Origin: Bugula neritina
Lineage: Eukaryota; Animalia; Bryozoa
DNA: 64,000 nucleotides
Assembly: GCA_964035545.1 (NCBI GenBank)
Contig: OZ037765.1
Span: forward strand, 7,512,698 to 7,576,697
Direction of reading: 5' to 3'
Shown: positions 63,858 to 64,000 of the stretch, piece by piece
Numbering within the stretch: the first letter of the stretch is position 1
Layout of the letters: every line of letters begins with the position of its first letter
The notes under the pieces: generated by a model
What the model was told of the DNA's origin: nothing
Database searches by the model: none
What the model saw: only the letters and a program-made list of their open reading frames with translations
Translations under genes and position numbers: made by a program

Positions 63858-64000
<143 letters not shown>

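Overview
AT-rich, intron-rich invertebrate (metazoan) genomic DNA; the species cannot be determined from sequence alone. Five spliced genes were reconstructed by hand from splice signals, reading phase and recalled family motifs: CAMSAP/Patronin (- strand, 25 coding exons, about 1,970 aa), SDF2/SDF2L1 head-to-head with it (+), a TMC channel (+), cyclin B (+) and a lachesin/IgLON-like GPI-anchored protein with three Ig domains (+). Mobile DNA includes an internally deleted pogo/Tigger-like transposon, an RTE-like LINE relic, a tRNA-derived SINE and a 76-bp hAT MITE, plus mini- and microsatellites. The most unusual signal is a set of 0.5-0.9 kb tracts with 6-bp periodicity, in which the hexamer drifts but keeps an every-other-base A.T.A. 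template. These tracts start right after the inferred first splice donor of four of the five genes. Other points of interest are two alternative signal-peptide starts in the Ig gene, repeated DTPMR CDK-consensus motifs in CAMSAP, a stop-free in-frame TMC intron, and fold-back hairpins followed by a copy of their own loop. Most entries in the supplied ORF track are spurious.
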